A DNA stretch of 64,000 nucleotides from a virus, in IMG/VR virus record IMGVR_UViG_3300042564_002372, positions 1 to 64,000 of that record; one strand, given 5' to 3'. Of the stretch, positions 49,001-58,000 are shown piece by piece. The notes beneath the pieces are model-generated. The model was given only the letters and a program-made list of their open reading frames with translations, did no database searches and was not told where the DNA came from. The stretch's first letter is position 1. Each line of letters opens with the position of its first letter. A program made the translations under genes and the position numbers.

Positions 49001-49437
49001 TATTCATTATTGAAATCATTCAATTCCCTGCTTACTGGATTATCAAACATTGCTTTGAACTCTCCAGTCTTTGCCCACTCACCCACTCCATATACTAAAC
49101 CAGCTGTACCATTTACAAATGTTGAACCAGCAATACCAACAAACTTAGCAACACCGTTACCAAGTTTTTCTAAAGCTCCTTGCCCTCTTGCATACAATTC
49201 CTCATTATCCAATGTGGCATACACCTTTGGATATTTTCCAGATAGGTCTAAGTTTCTTGTATTAACGTATGAGAAAGTTTGTCCTTGTTGAGGAGTGCTT
49301 TCGTTCATAAGTTTATAGAAAGTATCTACTGCACTTTCAGACTTACCACCTGTGCCTGGGCTTTGAGGAGTTTTTACAAGATTCAGAGGCTCAACCCCCA
49401 AATTTACTGGTCCAAATATTCCTACTTCTTCTTCCAT
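37060..49437 (-). CDS. virion-packaged single-polypeptide double-psi-beta-barrel RNA polymerase of crAss-like phages, fused to ejection and zincin-like domains
   Basis: FRIPTQ...GSDFDIDKL (DFDID at 39673-39687), ETDGSG, IGIAAVNQTNH, YVDI; YHEVFE zincin-like; Ala/Gly-rich hydrophobic N-terminus. Confidence 0.88.
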   Translation of the reverse strand: MEEEVGIFGPVNLGVEPLNLVKTPQSPGTGGKSESAVDTFYKLMNESTPQQGQTFSYVNTRNLDLSGKYPKVYATLDNEELYARGQGALEKLGNGVAKFVGIAGSTFVNGTAGLVYGVGEWAKTGEFKAMFDNPVSRELNDFNNEYLETTFANYKTQREREGNWWEPDNLFTANFLADNIIKNLGFAAGALAGGFAWSGAFRAIGLTSRLVAQGRTMAAAADAAVGSANALPQVQRLSAINSALNGLGASARVAAGRALMGAERGIVATFGAAGEAGIEALNASQEFRQSLIDKYIANNGYVPQGEDLKEIDNLAERAGKTVYGLNIGLLSASNFIQLPKIFSSTFKGEKNVINNVMFKQGKYISALPEKGLAKTLYKARNIAGLAFNTTEALEEASQYAAQVGTENYFSKLDETGDASILNDLFFNGAREALTDDEGLLNLFIGGVSGAIMTSGIPTLGMTGSLRERGFDGYGGQQKKLRDEAVTIFNNSLIKDKLKDSSKVINAAEAIQQERAQKIAQGDVSGSKDLEFDFLFGTILNRAKYTSTEFVNLELEELRALANTEEGFLQLQQEGYAYQTDTRQSFLNRLRVIESQAQYIDKAYQDISLKYKGVVDDKGDRVYSDAVIDKLTYAASKVFDYDNRIPSLNNKLITAGVNTAELFNDVLLNGVPNTEAVEKVVSEIKAKGSINEDELTQDLFELVEMGMKRKKFLDEYSEMKSVPEKFTPKKKEPNTVIPEEKIGERVKIVTKDGEKNFQIGEEYFLGKVVEYDSNGNEVYRFPKLTILGQNPDGTIRIRDNKGERDINPELLQDYKLGKVSAVANNPIAAFFMNNVNTIVEWNAGKNKGGIKKGRLEFDSDKNQLMFTYVTKSKKGKRVVKSIPIDLKSFEAKPGFEKGIFSLGRELTATEKEQIKRSKEKKATEAAPKLYDLNVQDARAELINDYHNEVIEKQAELEKTIKQKRADVLTIEEELEKINKTIEKGGDDARAKKGTKLKSSVRKALDAAMRLSRAKEDLLQEIADLEAQKEDGELLLAYLQDAVQNVSELSGDSKSIIDQLEFETELLKESIEENGKQIGALTKLANQIEDTLDSAIGFLRNLVDQFESNYPKAPTIMGVEFNEFLKNNPNFLKLKPNFISDLRELERLIAEAEDMDISPNEEKLNKLLDEIKSLKEFLKSDANELMFKEALLAKMKKAYQEYQASGIEEEKLAKNEALRKQILGTADNDNPVPAVFDREFEVDAKKPLAIVPRATIPVDRGKAHQKRAQRFGMNFQSFDDDQKRDIKGVYITSKNQDQLIPGLMDHLRTDENGINETVDANKIIAMVMVDMSTGQPVLVNENGLPLTEEQLQDPLNNSIYQVFPLEDLKWSGDYGDKSMFAENVSENVRSEVRKQYAEWRSRILKVEDLSEVHSIDVSFGFPKVNQDAEGNKLYDTRTSVQDAGLVTDYDIDNSPIITVATSDESIIRGISVTKSAPGRVFLDMGNGLVPLNNRQHSKKEAETIFNAILQFSKNALDKSKGVNDDQSKRLLSFLKSVVYWGIPANEAGFSSVFFKDGKLYMSGKGAAFPFTPSGLIQNREDIIAVLQGMYHNVNGAYAREIGMEYEQITNISEDGRIESVMWPNYQSYLLSTTTPDGKKRSGEQLPLSTYMRPLEGPSDVNRSGIYFYTTDTVDDYIIPEVKKEVKLTPIEASPVETKSATPAPVSNRIDEARASLFGAAPSAPIAQAQQPIVPGAPPAPSRIEEARASLFTPAPAASSVEEEAKRRSEEIKNNAASTPRSGRAEYREVVEREAKSMQIEDWNEIEAFWKRVLPGVPLYRLKNLIQATNGAQAWGMLKNGAIYVYENAEVGTFYHEVFEAVWKMFTDPAEQQSIIKEFKSRTGTFVDRPTGETVKYSEATPQQIKEQLAEEFRDYVLFKKVPTKPKDGRPFIVRLFSDIVNVIKKFFTGKDASINTEELFKRIGTGYYAKSTPSMGVLENVPTQIVDIEDGFATEEDELRITVPYKQQNELIQHMAYKTLSLLGSTDQSLFNVNKISKKYLNDELFAETLGRVDENGNIVENGILGDKIVANNENYLAGKISANEFVALDNFLRENFSKINEQWNELFVKYEEYMSQYQIEFDENEEIEIRDEEKTKEISPDATKIDAFRKANSAIKLLLATLPRTKRVNGVDEAIVTSVGGNELLPLAQTFITVMNKLHASRDVDEMMENLRRLALEDGNYSRLYKRIAKKDPSEGKFEFKKLTTPHSIQLLSSFFSTFKKQNPEVKNVFILENGDVVVGDANLSQASAQIANDYENGIILSAREGKGYFEYDASKKAYVAKDKINDLKFNSSNIADNDNAMLRFLNDIGIEFSKEDFRKLTSDDKTKFREIVKGIRDSLVKNKELMTLSKKTISVQGRLTELAILKIKSSNPEIESTYFNISNERTQSYIGVNPLSDLQDFVSKTKDLSDNSVKESHYKYLVMDPFAKGSVIMNKLFPKGGKKIPASNANSDLLTVAYVGGTKNDINGKQKPSARLNYPERLTQEMNLNLNGFYLNLVPGDASIEWMIKMGNHVSSKNMSIGYGKVMEIFKEYFKSEYELAKSPDRVVDASRESERNNLRFFYDILGEELNNEIIASKEVDAEAVYNKFEKKIEVAVKKYVESRTQAFRNTLNKYGILQYDGVGFSLRNIKSSEDGMYSLSESMNEQTLNNNLSALTVNYMIANIELHKLMYSDPYQYKDELKRIKSFSSPRQAIMSDPDSLTVGFSINAAMQNALNAGFEKGDVGYTDFNRNYFRTATHADVIGIVDVPGQDYEAYKETDGSGIISMKAHRNLKFRAGQWTETNELQYRHDVAYEKLVKSGADQATLDEFEKNNPGDQSAYTPVKPIVAGTTDNQQGYNEVVLDKFALYPLSFRVMHKVNSTSNAMKLYDKMQREDIDYIVFNSGRKVGARNPHSTYNVDGSFNDTPYTASGKGQNVINVPFKIMAIQAEVPSKEKALVTRGSQMTKLLTMDFMAAGVPVDFMPNETNFNKRYQAWNALDEADKEKSKLYKEIKNNRELLQAMTEFGYQSLLKKLGIAETKEGYEITDFSIAADTLRKEMLKREVNDNVIKSLDSFLEGKTILEATPAYQQVRNILYSIVDSNVVSPKISGGMKVQIPSTLLESNKIGIQEINGKKGFVSNTLKFYEKDGERVAEVMIGRWFDSPLSDKELLNYFNNTEEGQKILMGVAFRIPTQNQNSIDAIKIAKFLPKEFGDSVVIPSALVAKVGSDFDIDKLSMYLKNVYQDTKGNIKLVPFEGYGQQAIDKFKALSKELTQAKIEKVENRILKQEDLRQTFVDIVTENTSNEFAQIWIPLFRQWFANEIVDGKLSVDLVGDVFAKRFEKLNKKLEKLTVQDLQDAFVEEHAERLYKASLENAYIESSENLIKSDENYDKLMTPNSANQMKALSEEIAKKTVGGSYDYRNVGNMLNRNFMSSLRHAFVTGKYAIGIAAVNQTNHSLMQRFASFVDPARLENVSPVDAKWLGDAKVKFQSFNQLDGKATMSMIKNADGQFISDIIGQFIDGYVDISNGPWIMELGATPNVASTWLFLVKIGVPIDTVSYFMNQPIIREYLGIIENAGYSWLFIDDFADITMGNFDPKANMAPRDVIPNTASLRNMVGKSVADLSPNEKADQQFILGEFLKYAKMAEHMFLVTQGTNYDTSNFNDPYLLFKKHEQFIRAQQTIISSVDEILDNSFIGTTAETLNKTRDGVAEILASDRSKVRNVIQRVLKPYVDLNDRDFVKLAQRAVADLFDYAVQTNTVFKDAVVNTMITNGGYANDIMQMVKEIKANPNHPLFDNHVVNIIVPQLAPEASPESANNIKIKGATNKIYDQNSIIYSFRELKEYLESKGELAKYNKFKMLALYQSGLSVNRLSFTSLLPFEDFESIYNDTIQKLESLPNLETFADLNVFERNNWGNDDVVPYEKARWTKKKVYNPAMRYLPNQVKSAVETNQIPPIISVSMLGRKSNSDFFVYSWEDESFTKEKKAEMRKKGDFSYIKRGLFRKVKTGGLPFIHTAYDGKEYYIYQAVNAWGARERAQEFYDVEKPSEIDNGFIKVRNVAADERIINIFTGGSPVATPSPVANKNKPGDLPAIDRTPPSCQ

Positions 49438-52127
49438 TAATATATTGGGAAATTAGTGGTTTCTTTAATAAAGGCTGCGGTTACACCATTGCTGAAGCTT
49501 TCCAACTGTGGATTTATTTGCCCATTAATTTGTTTTGGTAAAGCAACATCTCCTATCAAAAATGATTTTCTCAAGGTGTTTGTATTTTTATCAAATATAT
49601 AAATTCTTGGGTAAACTACATTTGGATTTGCCACATCTTCTTCCAAATCTCCCATTAATGAATAGTTATCACTACTGAAATTAGAAAAGTCTTGAGTCTT
49701 GAAGTATGCAGTTGTAGGCTCACCTGGCTTACTTAAGTTTGTTGTGCCACGTGCATTTAATAAATCAAATGCATTTTTCAAGTTTGGATTTGCTGGAGGT
49801 TCATATCCAGTTAAGAATTTATAATCATTTCTTTCAATTGGAACATCATAAACTTCACCATCTTTACCAGTAATTTGTAATATATAAGTTGATGGAGATT
49901 GTAAGGTTGTTCCAGGTTGAGTTAATATACTTGCACCAAAATCTTCTCCTAAAACAACGGATGACAAATTCTGATACATTTCTGGGTCAGTTCCTCTAAA
50001 CTTCCCAAGTACAGTTATGAAATTATTTTTATAGTCTTCAGTCTTTAAATCACCTTTGGAAATAGTTGCAATCTTTCCCATTGGAACAGCTCCATTATTT
50101 TGATAAGCTTGTGCTACAAACTTATCAATATTTTTTTGGTCAGCATCTTTAAAAGATTTTGAAATTTGGAACATGAGTGTAGAAGGAAGTTCTGTCTGCA
50201 AACCAACTGTTGTTGATTTTCTAGGATACAAAACCTTCTCTATCTCTCTCATTTTTTGTTCTCCAAATTTAGAACTTAATCTAATTTGTGCCTGATTCCT
50301 AAGCATTTCCTGATTTTTATCAACCGTAAGGCTTCCAAAAAAATTATACATTTCTGGATGAAGATTAACATAATCAATGAGATCTTTTTGAGAAAGATTC
50401 ACTGACTCCCCACTTGCTAATTTTATAGATTCAGGTTTAACAGAAGCTACAGCTTTATTGTAGGCTTCAACATCGACTCCTTGTAGAACAGCCATTTGTT
50501 TGGCATCTTCTTGAGCCTTGTTCATTATTGATCTTTTAGCCTCTAAGCTTTTTGCAATAGCATCTTGAGCACCAATTAAACTGTGTAAAGTTACTGGGAC
50601 CTTTTCAGGATTTGTTCTGTAAAGAGTTATTAATGATGATGCCATTATTTGAGCAGTATCATTAATCTCTCCAGAATTTGGATTATTTGTTTTACCACGA
50701 TAGGCAGCTGCATCAGAAAGTTTTTTCAATAGCTCTTCCTCAGTGTCTCCTGGGTTTGCCATTCTCAATGTTTCTAATGCAAGTTTATTATTTACACTAT
50801 TAAATTGTGAAGCCAATTCTGAATACTCACCTTCAACCATAGCTCTAATTGCACTAGGATCAGCATCAATTGGTGCATCAACTCCTCCACCTTGAAAGTA
50901 TGCTTGCTGAGCTCTAATCTTCTCCATCTCAGCATTATGCTTTTCTTGCTCTCGTCTATCTGAAGCGAGTTTTAAAGCATAATCAGCTTGCCATTGTCTC
51001 TGTCCTTGTTCAAACTTATTGATCTCCATGCCTACAGTGAACCAAGGATTAACAGAATACTTTCTAGAAACTTCTTTACTAGAAAGAACTTCAGACATAG
51101 AGGAGAGATAATTATCTCTATATATCATTCCTTTAACAGCCTCAGGATTTCTAGCAACTGCTGCTAGACTTTCTGATTTTGATTCTTCAAGTTCACGATT
51201 CAATCCTTCAAAATAACTAATCTCATCACTTATTGATTTAATTAGATCTGCATCATATTCTTTAGTCTTGGCTTTGTTTTGTTGTTCAGCTAAACTAATT
51301 TTTAAGAACTCAATTTTGCCATTATTAAACTTTATATTTTTATCAGCTGAGCTTGTAGCAATCACTCCAAGTTGTTCAGGAGTAACATCTCTAAAATTAT
51401 ATCTACCTTCAATAGAAAGTTGTTCATAGTCAGCTGGTGTTAAAGCACTTTTGAAAGCATTTAATATTTTTGAAGCATCTTTACCTCTCAAGGTTTCCTC
51501 AACCATAACATTATTTATTATGGGGTTTCCTTTTTCATCTCTTAGATATCTTCCTTGCTCATCTGTTTTAAAAAGATTTGGAACAGTCTTCTCATCAATG
51601 CCCACTTCTTTTGCAATGTCTTTAATCTTTCCCCAAACATCAACAGGAGTTGTATAGTAGCCAGTATAACTAGCTCCTACAGTTGGATTATTAAACCACT
51701 CTTGATCTGTTAGATTAAATAAATAATTGTTTGCAGGATTGTATTTTCCAGCATCAATATCTTTTTGAATTTTTTCTTGTACAGCTTTTCTCTGAGCTGT
51801 TGATTGAACAGCTGAAATAATATCAGGATCTTTCGCAACACTACCAGCCATTCCTGCTACAGAATTAACCAACTGATAATTAGAGAAGTCAGCAGCTGCA
51901 ACAGTCTTTAACTTAGAGCCAAGATCATTAAGTTTAGATTGTAGGTATTGCTTATCCTGAGGTCTAGCAATACTAAGCCCTGCAACTTGATCTATCTGAG
52001 ATTGGATTCTTTGTAACCCTTGGTCGTAACGCTGTTGCTTCTCCATACCAACAGCAACCATAGCCTCAACAGGAAGCTGTTGAATGTATGGATTAAACTG
52101 AGGTATTACATCTGTGAATGAAGCCAT
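49437..52127 (-). CDS. putative ejection (internal virion) protein
   Basis: FNPYIQQLPVEAM..VG..KQQRYDQG N-terminus; position upstream of vRNAP. Confidence 0.65.
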   Translation of the reverse strand: MASFTDVIPQFNPYIQQLPVEAMVAVGMEKQQRYDQGLQRIQSQIDQVAGLSIARPQDKQYLQSKLNDLGSKLKTVAAADFSNYQLVNSVAGMAGSVAKDPDIISAVQSTAQRKAVQEKIQKDIDAGKYNPANNYLFNLTDQEWFNNPTVGASYTGYYTTPVDVWGKIKDIAKEVGIDEKTVPNLFKTDEQGRYLRDEKGNPIINNVMVEETLRGKDASKILNAFKSALTPADYEQLSIEGRYNFRDVTPEQLGVIATSSADKNIKFNNGKIEFLKISLAEQQNKAKTKEYDADLIKSISDEISYFEGLNRELEESKSESLAAVARNPEAVKGMIYRDNYLSSMSEVLSSKEVSRKYSVNPWFTVGMEINKFEQGQRQWQADYALKLASDRREQEKHNAEMEKIRAQQAYFQGGGVDAPIDADPSAIRAMVEGEYSELASQFNSVNNKLALETLRMANPGDTEEELLKKLSDAAAYRGKTNNPNSGEINDTAQIMASSLITLYRTNPEKVPVTLHSLIGAQDAIAKSLEAKRSIMNKAQEDAKQMAVLQGVDVEAYNKAVASVKPESIKLASGESVNLSQKDLIDYVNLHPEMYNFFGSLTVDKNQEMLRNQAQIRLSSKFGEQKMREIEKVLYPRKSTTVGLQTELPSTLMFQISKSFKDADQKNIDKFVAQAYQNNGAVPMGKIATISKGDLKTEDYKNNFITVLGKFRGTDPEMYQNLSSVVLGEDFGASILTQPGTTLQSPSTYILQITGKDGEVYDVPIERNDYKFLTGYEPPANPNLKNAFDLLNARGTTNLSKPGEPTTAYFKTQDFSNFSSDNYSLMGDLEEDVANPNVVYPRIYIFDKNTNTLRKSFLIGDVALPKQINGQINPQLESFSNGVTAAFIKETTNFPIY

Positions 52128-52143
52128 ATTATTATTGTTTTAT

Positions 52144-52151
52144 CAAATTTA
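52144..52151 (-). promoter_or_regulatory. Bacteroidota -7 promoter element TAAATTTG
   Basis: Exact TAnnTTTG 16 nt upstream of the ATG at 52127. Confidence 0.5.
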
Positions 52152-52167
52152 GTAGTAATAGTCCAGA

Positions 52168-55089
52168 TTACATGGATTTAATTGCCTTGACAAGAGCTCC
52201 GTTTTTACCTGTAGTCATCTTCTTCTGTTTTTCCTGAGCAACTTCCATTTGCTTTGCATACAATTCAATTTCCTTTGGAGTCATGTTTCCAAATGGTGTA
52301 CCAGAATATCCTGATCCTTCTAAGTTAAACTGGGCAAGAGGATTCATATTCATTGCTCTGAAGCGTGGATCAAATCTGTAATTGTAAAGGTTTTCGTATG
52401 TTTGAAGGGTTCTGTTCTCAGCCTGGTTCTGTAGATATTTAGCAGAGATAGAATTGAGAGCAGCTTGAGTAATGGCCTTTGTATTAGAAAGAGCTTGTTG
52501 TTGTCTTCCGTATTGTTGATCAAGAATTTGTAAATTTCCTAGACCAAAATCATTTAACATTTTTCTGTTATCAGCATACACTTGATTCTTCATAGCCTGA
52601 TTTAACTTAAACTGCTCACCAAGAACTTTTTGATTGGCTGCATATTTCTGTGCATTCAACGCAGCTAATGCAGCTGGATTAAATCCAATCAATCTTTGAG
52701 CAGCTCTATAATCAGCTTGGTTTTGATTAATATTCTCCTGTAGAGAAATATCAAACGGAACAGTTAGCTGTGGCTGTAAAGTTTGTGCTTGTACAGGCTC
52801 TAATTGATTTTGAGCAAGAGCTAGCATCTCTCCAGATAGCTGACGTGGATCAAGAGCTTCTGCATCAGTTGGTCTAACATAAGGAAGAACTTGATTAACT
52901 ATATTCATCCAATTAAATTTTTCTTCAGCAGCGGGCTTAGGTCTCTGTTTAATTCCTGCCTTATCAACACTTTCAGGAACTTTAATTTCTAAACTTCCTG
53001 GTCCTCTTTGCATTTCTCTTTTACCAAGTACATTAACTCCTGGTAAATTAATGTATTCTGGATAAGTCTGTAGTTGATTTTCTAACATGTATCTAACTCC
53101 AGGTTCCAATGCTAAAGCATTTCTGTATATTTTATCGCTAATGTCTTCACCGCCTTGAGCTTTCTTAACCGAAGCTCCTTTCTTAGCCTTTTTCACTTTA
53201 CCCTGTGCTAAATCATCAGCTACAAGATTGTATTCTTCAGCAGTGTCATTAATAGCAGATTGTAGATTAGCTAGTTTTATTTTCTCATCAGCAATAGTCT
53301 TGAGCGTTTGATTTCCTCCATACGCATTTGCTTTCAATGATTCGAAAGTGAGTAGGTCGTATGGACTAGTAACATTTAAGTTGTCAAGTTCTGTAACAGA
53401 CTTATCGATAAGTTTATTTTGTTTCTGCTCAGTTTTAGATAGGTCAGCAACATAGTTTTTAAACTTCTTACCTGCTGCTTTAGGAATACCAATCATCTCA
53501 GCACCAAACTTTGGAACTTTTAAGTTACCAAATACTGTAAGACTAGTATTTCCTGTACCATCTTTTAATTTAACAGCAGGTTCTTCTCCTTCCACTTCAA
53601 CACTTGCTTTTCCAGTAGCAGCATCTGTACCGTATTCTGCATAATCTGTATAACTATCGTTTCCTGTATCACCAAAAGAAGCACCTATTCCAGTTCTTCC
53701 CTTTCCATCAGACTCATCATGAGAATTACCTTTAAACATTACAGTTTCTCCTCCTTCAGGAAGATGATGATTATATGAAATAGGTTCTGCATATCCACCC
53801 CAATGAGTTTTAAGATCACCACCCATAGCAAATTTATCTCTTCCTGTATACATTGCACGTTCGCTAGGAGGGGTGTAACTTTTTAAATGTCCACCTGCAC
53901 GTAGTGTATCCATTGTTGGATCTGGAGCAAACAATCTAGTTAATGGTATACCTTCAAGTTCTGTTGCCACCTGTGGATTTGCAATACCACCATCTCTCAT
54001 ATAAGAGTAGTTTTGTTGTTGCAGTCCTTGAGTGCCTTGATCAAAAGCCATCTGCTCAATGTTACTTTGAGTTTTTCTATTAGCAGCTTCTGTTTTTCTA
54101 ACATTTCCGCTGCCTACAAGATTACCAAGAGTCTGACCAGCAAACTTTCCAATCATACCTCCAACTGGACCACCAAGCAATGTACCTGCTACACTTCCAA
54201 TTCCAGCACCTACTTTTCCAGCACCAGTAACGCCATATCCTTTTGGACTTCCGAGTCCAGCAGTGAGTTGAGAAAGAGCATCTCCTCCTCCCTGTTCTTG
54301 AAACTTAAAGATGTCAGTTTTTTGACCAGACGAATTCATTTTCAAAAAATCAGGATTGGTTTTGAAGTTTGAAAACATACCACCATCAGCAGCTTCTTCC
54401 AAGTCTGTGTAAATAGTGTTAGGAGCAAATGTGTTTGCTATCTCTGTACCATTCTTTGCAACAGTGGTTCCTACGCCATAGATGGGAAAGAACTCTCCTC
54501 CTGTATTAATATTATCTTCTGGACGTACATATTTTCTTTGAACTTGCTCAGGACGTGTCATAGAAGCTTTACGAGCAACACCACTAACTTCAGCCATTTG
54601 CTGTGCTTGTTGGCGCATGTCTTTTTCTTCGCCCATTTGTTGGATACCACTAACTACGTCACCAGCTGCTTGAGCAACAGCCATTGGTCCACCAGCTTTA
54701 CCAACACCCTTACCAATTTTTCCAAACATGTCAGCCATGCCTGATTTACCCATTGGCATTGTCTCATCACCAAAAAGAGCCTTCTTCAACTTCTTGCCAT
54801 TCTTAGCACCTTTCTGTTGTGAAGCAAGTTGTGCCATTTTTAAAGCTTCCTCATCACGCATATCTTGTGTTGAGCCAGTGATGAACATATCATTCTGGTC
54901 ATACAACTGTTGAAAGTTGATTGGTTGAGGATTAAACTGAAGAGATGTATTTCCTTGAATCATAGCTCCCATCTGAGCTTTCTTCAAAGCTTTCCCATGA
55001 ACCTTCATAAAAGATTCTTCTGTAGGGAATTTTTTGTAAAATTCTTTCTCAGACTTAACACCTGCTATCTTTAAAATTTCAGCCTTCAT
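52168..55089 (-). CDS. putative ejection protein with many AQxG/xxGG tags and Gly-rich membrane-insertion segments
   Basis: KAQMG, AKNG, ADGG, MRDGG, LRAGG, FAMGG, KAQGG; VGAGIGSVAGTLLGGPVGGMIG; Gln-rich C-terminus. Confidence 0.7.
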   Translation of the reverse strand: MKAEILKIAGVKSEKEFYKKFPTEESFMKVHGKALKKAQMGAMIQGNTSLQFNPQPINFQQLYDQNDMFITGSTQDMRDEEALKMAQLASQQKGAKNGKKLKKALFGDETMPMGKSGMADMFGKIGKGVGKAGGPMAVAQAAGDVVSGIQQMGEEKDMRQQAQQMAEVSGVARKASMTRPEQVQRKYVRPEDNINTGGEFFPIYGVGTTVAKNGTEIANTFAPNTIYTDLEEAADGGMFSNFKTNPDFLKMNSSGQKTDIFKFQEQGGGDALSQLTAGLGSPKGYGVTGAGKVGAGIGSVAGTLLGGPVGGMIGKFAGQTLGNLVGSGNVRKTEAANRKTQSNIEQMAFDQGTQGLQQQNYSYMRDGGIANPQVATELEGIPLTRLFAPDPTMDTLRAGGHLKSYTPPSERAMYTGRDKFAMGGDLKTHWGGYAEPISYNHHLPEGGETVMFKGNSHDESDGKGRTGIGASFGDTGNDSYTDYAEYGTDAATGKASVEVEGEEPAVKLKDGTGNTSLTVFGNLKVPKFGAEMIGIPKAAGKKFKNYVADLSKTEQKQNKLIDKSVTELDNLNVTSPYDLLTFESLKANAYGGNQTLKTIADEKIKLANLQSAINDTAEEYNLVADDLAQGKVKKAKKGASVKKAQGGEDISDKIYRNALALEPGVRYMLENQLQTYPEYINLPGVNVLGKREMQRGPGSLEIKVPESVDKAGIKQRPKPAAEEKFNWMNIVNQVLPYVRPTDAEALDPRQLSGEMLALAQNQLEPVQAQTLQPQLTVPFDISLQENINQNQADYRAAQRLIGFNPAALAALNAQKYAANQKVLGEQFKLNQAMKNQVYADNRKMLNDFGLGNLQILDQQYGRQQQALSNTKAITQAALNSISAKYLQNQAENRTLQTYENLYNYRFDPRFRAMNMNPLAQFNLEGSGYSGTPFGNMTPKEIELYAKQMEVAQEKQKKMTTGKNGALVKAIKSM

Positions 55090-55090
55090 A

Positions 55091-58000
55091 TCAGTTGTAT
55101 TTATCCAGCCAGTTATCCTTGTCTGGGTTATTTGTAAAGTTAAGTAATTGATTTAATTTTTTCATTGGTTGGGCATCTAATTGATTGATTCCCAATTCAG
55201 CAACTGGATACTCTGTCACCTTCTTTCCTTTGAATTTATAATTCTTTCCTGGCTTCATAAGCTTTGTATCTCCTGCATCAGAAACACCAACAACATCGTA
55301 AGGAACTCCTTCCATAGTGATGTAGTTGCTATCAATCTCTGTCACTTTTCCAGGATGTGCCCATTGACCTCTGTTGTCTTTTATCACTCCTCCTTTTCTT
55401 TTCTTTGGAAGATAGAATCTATCATATATTTCAATAGGGTTCATCATTCTATTCAAAGCAGGATTATTAAAATCATACTTATCATAAATAGAAACATAAG
55501 AACCATCAGGACTCTTCTGTAATGTAAATCTTTGTAAAGGATCTATATCTCCAAATTTTACATTCTTATCTGTGTCTGCATTTTCAGAATACCACTTACT
55601 ATCTAAGATTGGTAACAAACCATTCATTTCCATTTTCTCACCAGGTTTTAAATCCTTAGTGAGGTTCATCAACTCATAATCATCAATAACATCTCTGATA
55701 GTGTAATACTTAGCATCAGGATCTTTTGCTACAGAAGGTTTGTACTTTGACTCTTTTAGATATTGTCTTTCGCCAGGGATGTTCATTGCTGTTGCCCAGA
55801 ACTCTTCAGCCAAGTGTGGTTTACCACTTTTAGTTTTCAATGGTTCAGATTCATTACCCATTAAATAATTATATGCATATACAGGAAGTTTTAATGCATT
55901 AGGATAATCTACTGGCCTAACAGTTTTATACACCTCTGTATTACTTAAAGGTTTTAACGCATTTAATAAACTAAGAGCCTTTGTTGTAACAGGATCAGAT
56001 ATTTCTTCAGATACAAACTTTGTTGCTTTTTTTGCAAAACTTTCTTCTCCACCATCCTGCATACTCTTTGGTTTCCAATCCAATCCATTCTGGTAGAATT
56101 TCATTTCTCCACCATTCTGTTTTTTAGGAACTTCATTCTTTGACTCTTCTGATTTTTCTTTAGCTTTTTTATGCATGTAGCTAGAACCACCTATTATTCC
56201 AGCTCCTGCAACGCCAGCTCCTTTAAAGTATTTGTTATTTTGAGCATTATTCCAATCTTTCAAAACATCCATTTGCTTTTCATCAGCAATCTTAGGTGTG
56301 CTAAGCATTACAGCATCAACTGCTTCATTTTCTTTTGCTACACCTTTTGGAAAGCTTTGGACTTTCTCAATCAACTTATTATTGTTGTGATCAAAAAAGT
56401 TTCCAGCATCATCATAGTATATTCTATTTTTTAAATCAAAAGGTGCTCCTCCAGTTAAAGAAGACACTTCAAATTCTTTTAATTTTTTTGGTAATCCTTT
56501 AATTGGTTGAAGAGGTTGTAAGTCCCAAGTGTCTGTGAAATCAACAAATTTTCTACCTTGTTCATCCACTCCTTTTGTAATCCATCCATTACCATGAACG
56601 GCACCAAAATTAAATTCTGGTCGAACTTCCATTGTCCCAAATGAAGACTTAGGATTATCAACTATAGATTGTAAATCTTCCTTTCCAATTCTAAAATCAT
56701 TTATTGCTAATGTATTATCTGCATTTTTAGAAAATGTATCATAGTTAGGTTCTAATCCATTATATAATCTCCAAGCATCAAATCTATTTTTAGTAGCATG
56801 TGTCTTAGGTTTAAATTTTAAAAAATTTGGAGTTAGTAATTCTGCTGGGGAAGCTAAAACTGTAAAAGGATCATAGCCTATAGGTGTGATACTTCTATTT
56901 ACAACTTCTCCTACTTGTTTTGTTAAATTTTTACCAAGTTGTTTACCAACTAATTTAGATCCTCCCCCAATCAATGTTGGATCAATTGCTGATAGTCCAA
57001 TGTTTGCAGCATTCTGTAAAAACCCTTCTGGATTTTCATAGCCTAGAACATCAGAAAGATCTCTTTGACTGCTTCCAAATTGTCCAAAGTTTGGATTTAC
57101 ATTACTGAAGTTATAAGGCTTACCTGTCAACATTGCAACAGTTTCTGCTAATGCTGCTGTAGGAACTTGCTCAAGCTTCATTAGGTTTTCAGGAATGCCA
57201 TATAATGCTGCTGTTGTAAAGTCACGCAATGAGTCCATTGTGTAACTTCTAGGAGCTGTGACAGTTACTTCAGGTAAGTCAGGTAGAGTGAATGCACCAT
57301 CATAGTATGTGCCCACTTGCCTGTTCCTATACATCTCTGGATAGCGGGGATCGTTTATAGATATTCTTTCTATGTCATCGCCCTTTTGCGCAGAAGGTAT
57401 TCCTCCACCATTTTGAAATCCATCAATTGGGTAGTATGATTTTCTACCATATACTTCACCAGTTTTTTCTCCAGACTTAGAGTTTATATAATTTGCAAGC
57501 TTCTTAGCAGTGGCAGCAGGACTCATGCTTTCAGTCTTTGTAGGTAGAGGTTGTGATTTAGGATATATTAATTCAACATCACCACTAGGATATACTCCTT
57601 CAATATCACTACTACTAATTACATTAGGTGAACTTGTTTGAGACATTACATCATAAGCTGTTTCTGCACCTAGTGCTCCAAGAAGACCTCTATTCCACAG
57701 CAATGAATTATTTGTCATTCCTTTCACATTACTAAAAAGCTCCAAATACCCTGTATCAGTTTTGTTTAAATTTATAGGGGAGTTGGCAGCACGTCTTGCT
57801 TGTTCTGTTAATGGATACAATGGATCGCCAGGTCTTAGCATCATTGCAGGTCTTCTAAAAGTGTTTGCTCCTAGGAATGTTGGTAAAGCAACACTAGCCA
57901 AATTAATTCCTGCATTTAAGTAATTACCTCTATAAGCCTCATCAGCACCTTGTAATCCATCTACAATCATTCCAGCAATATTGCCAACTCTACCAACAGC

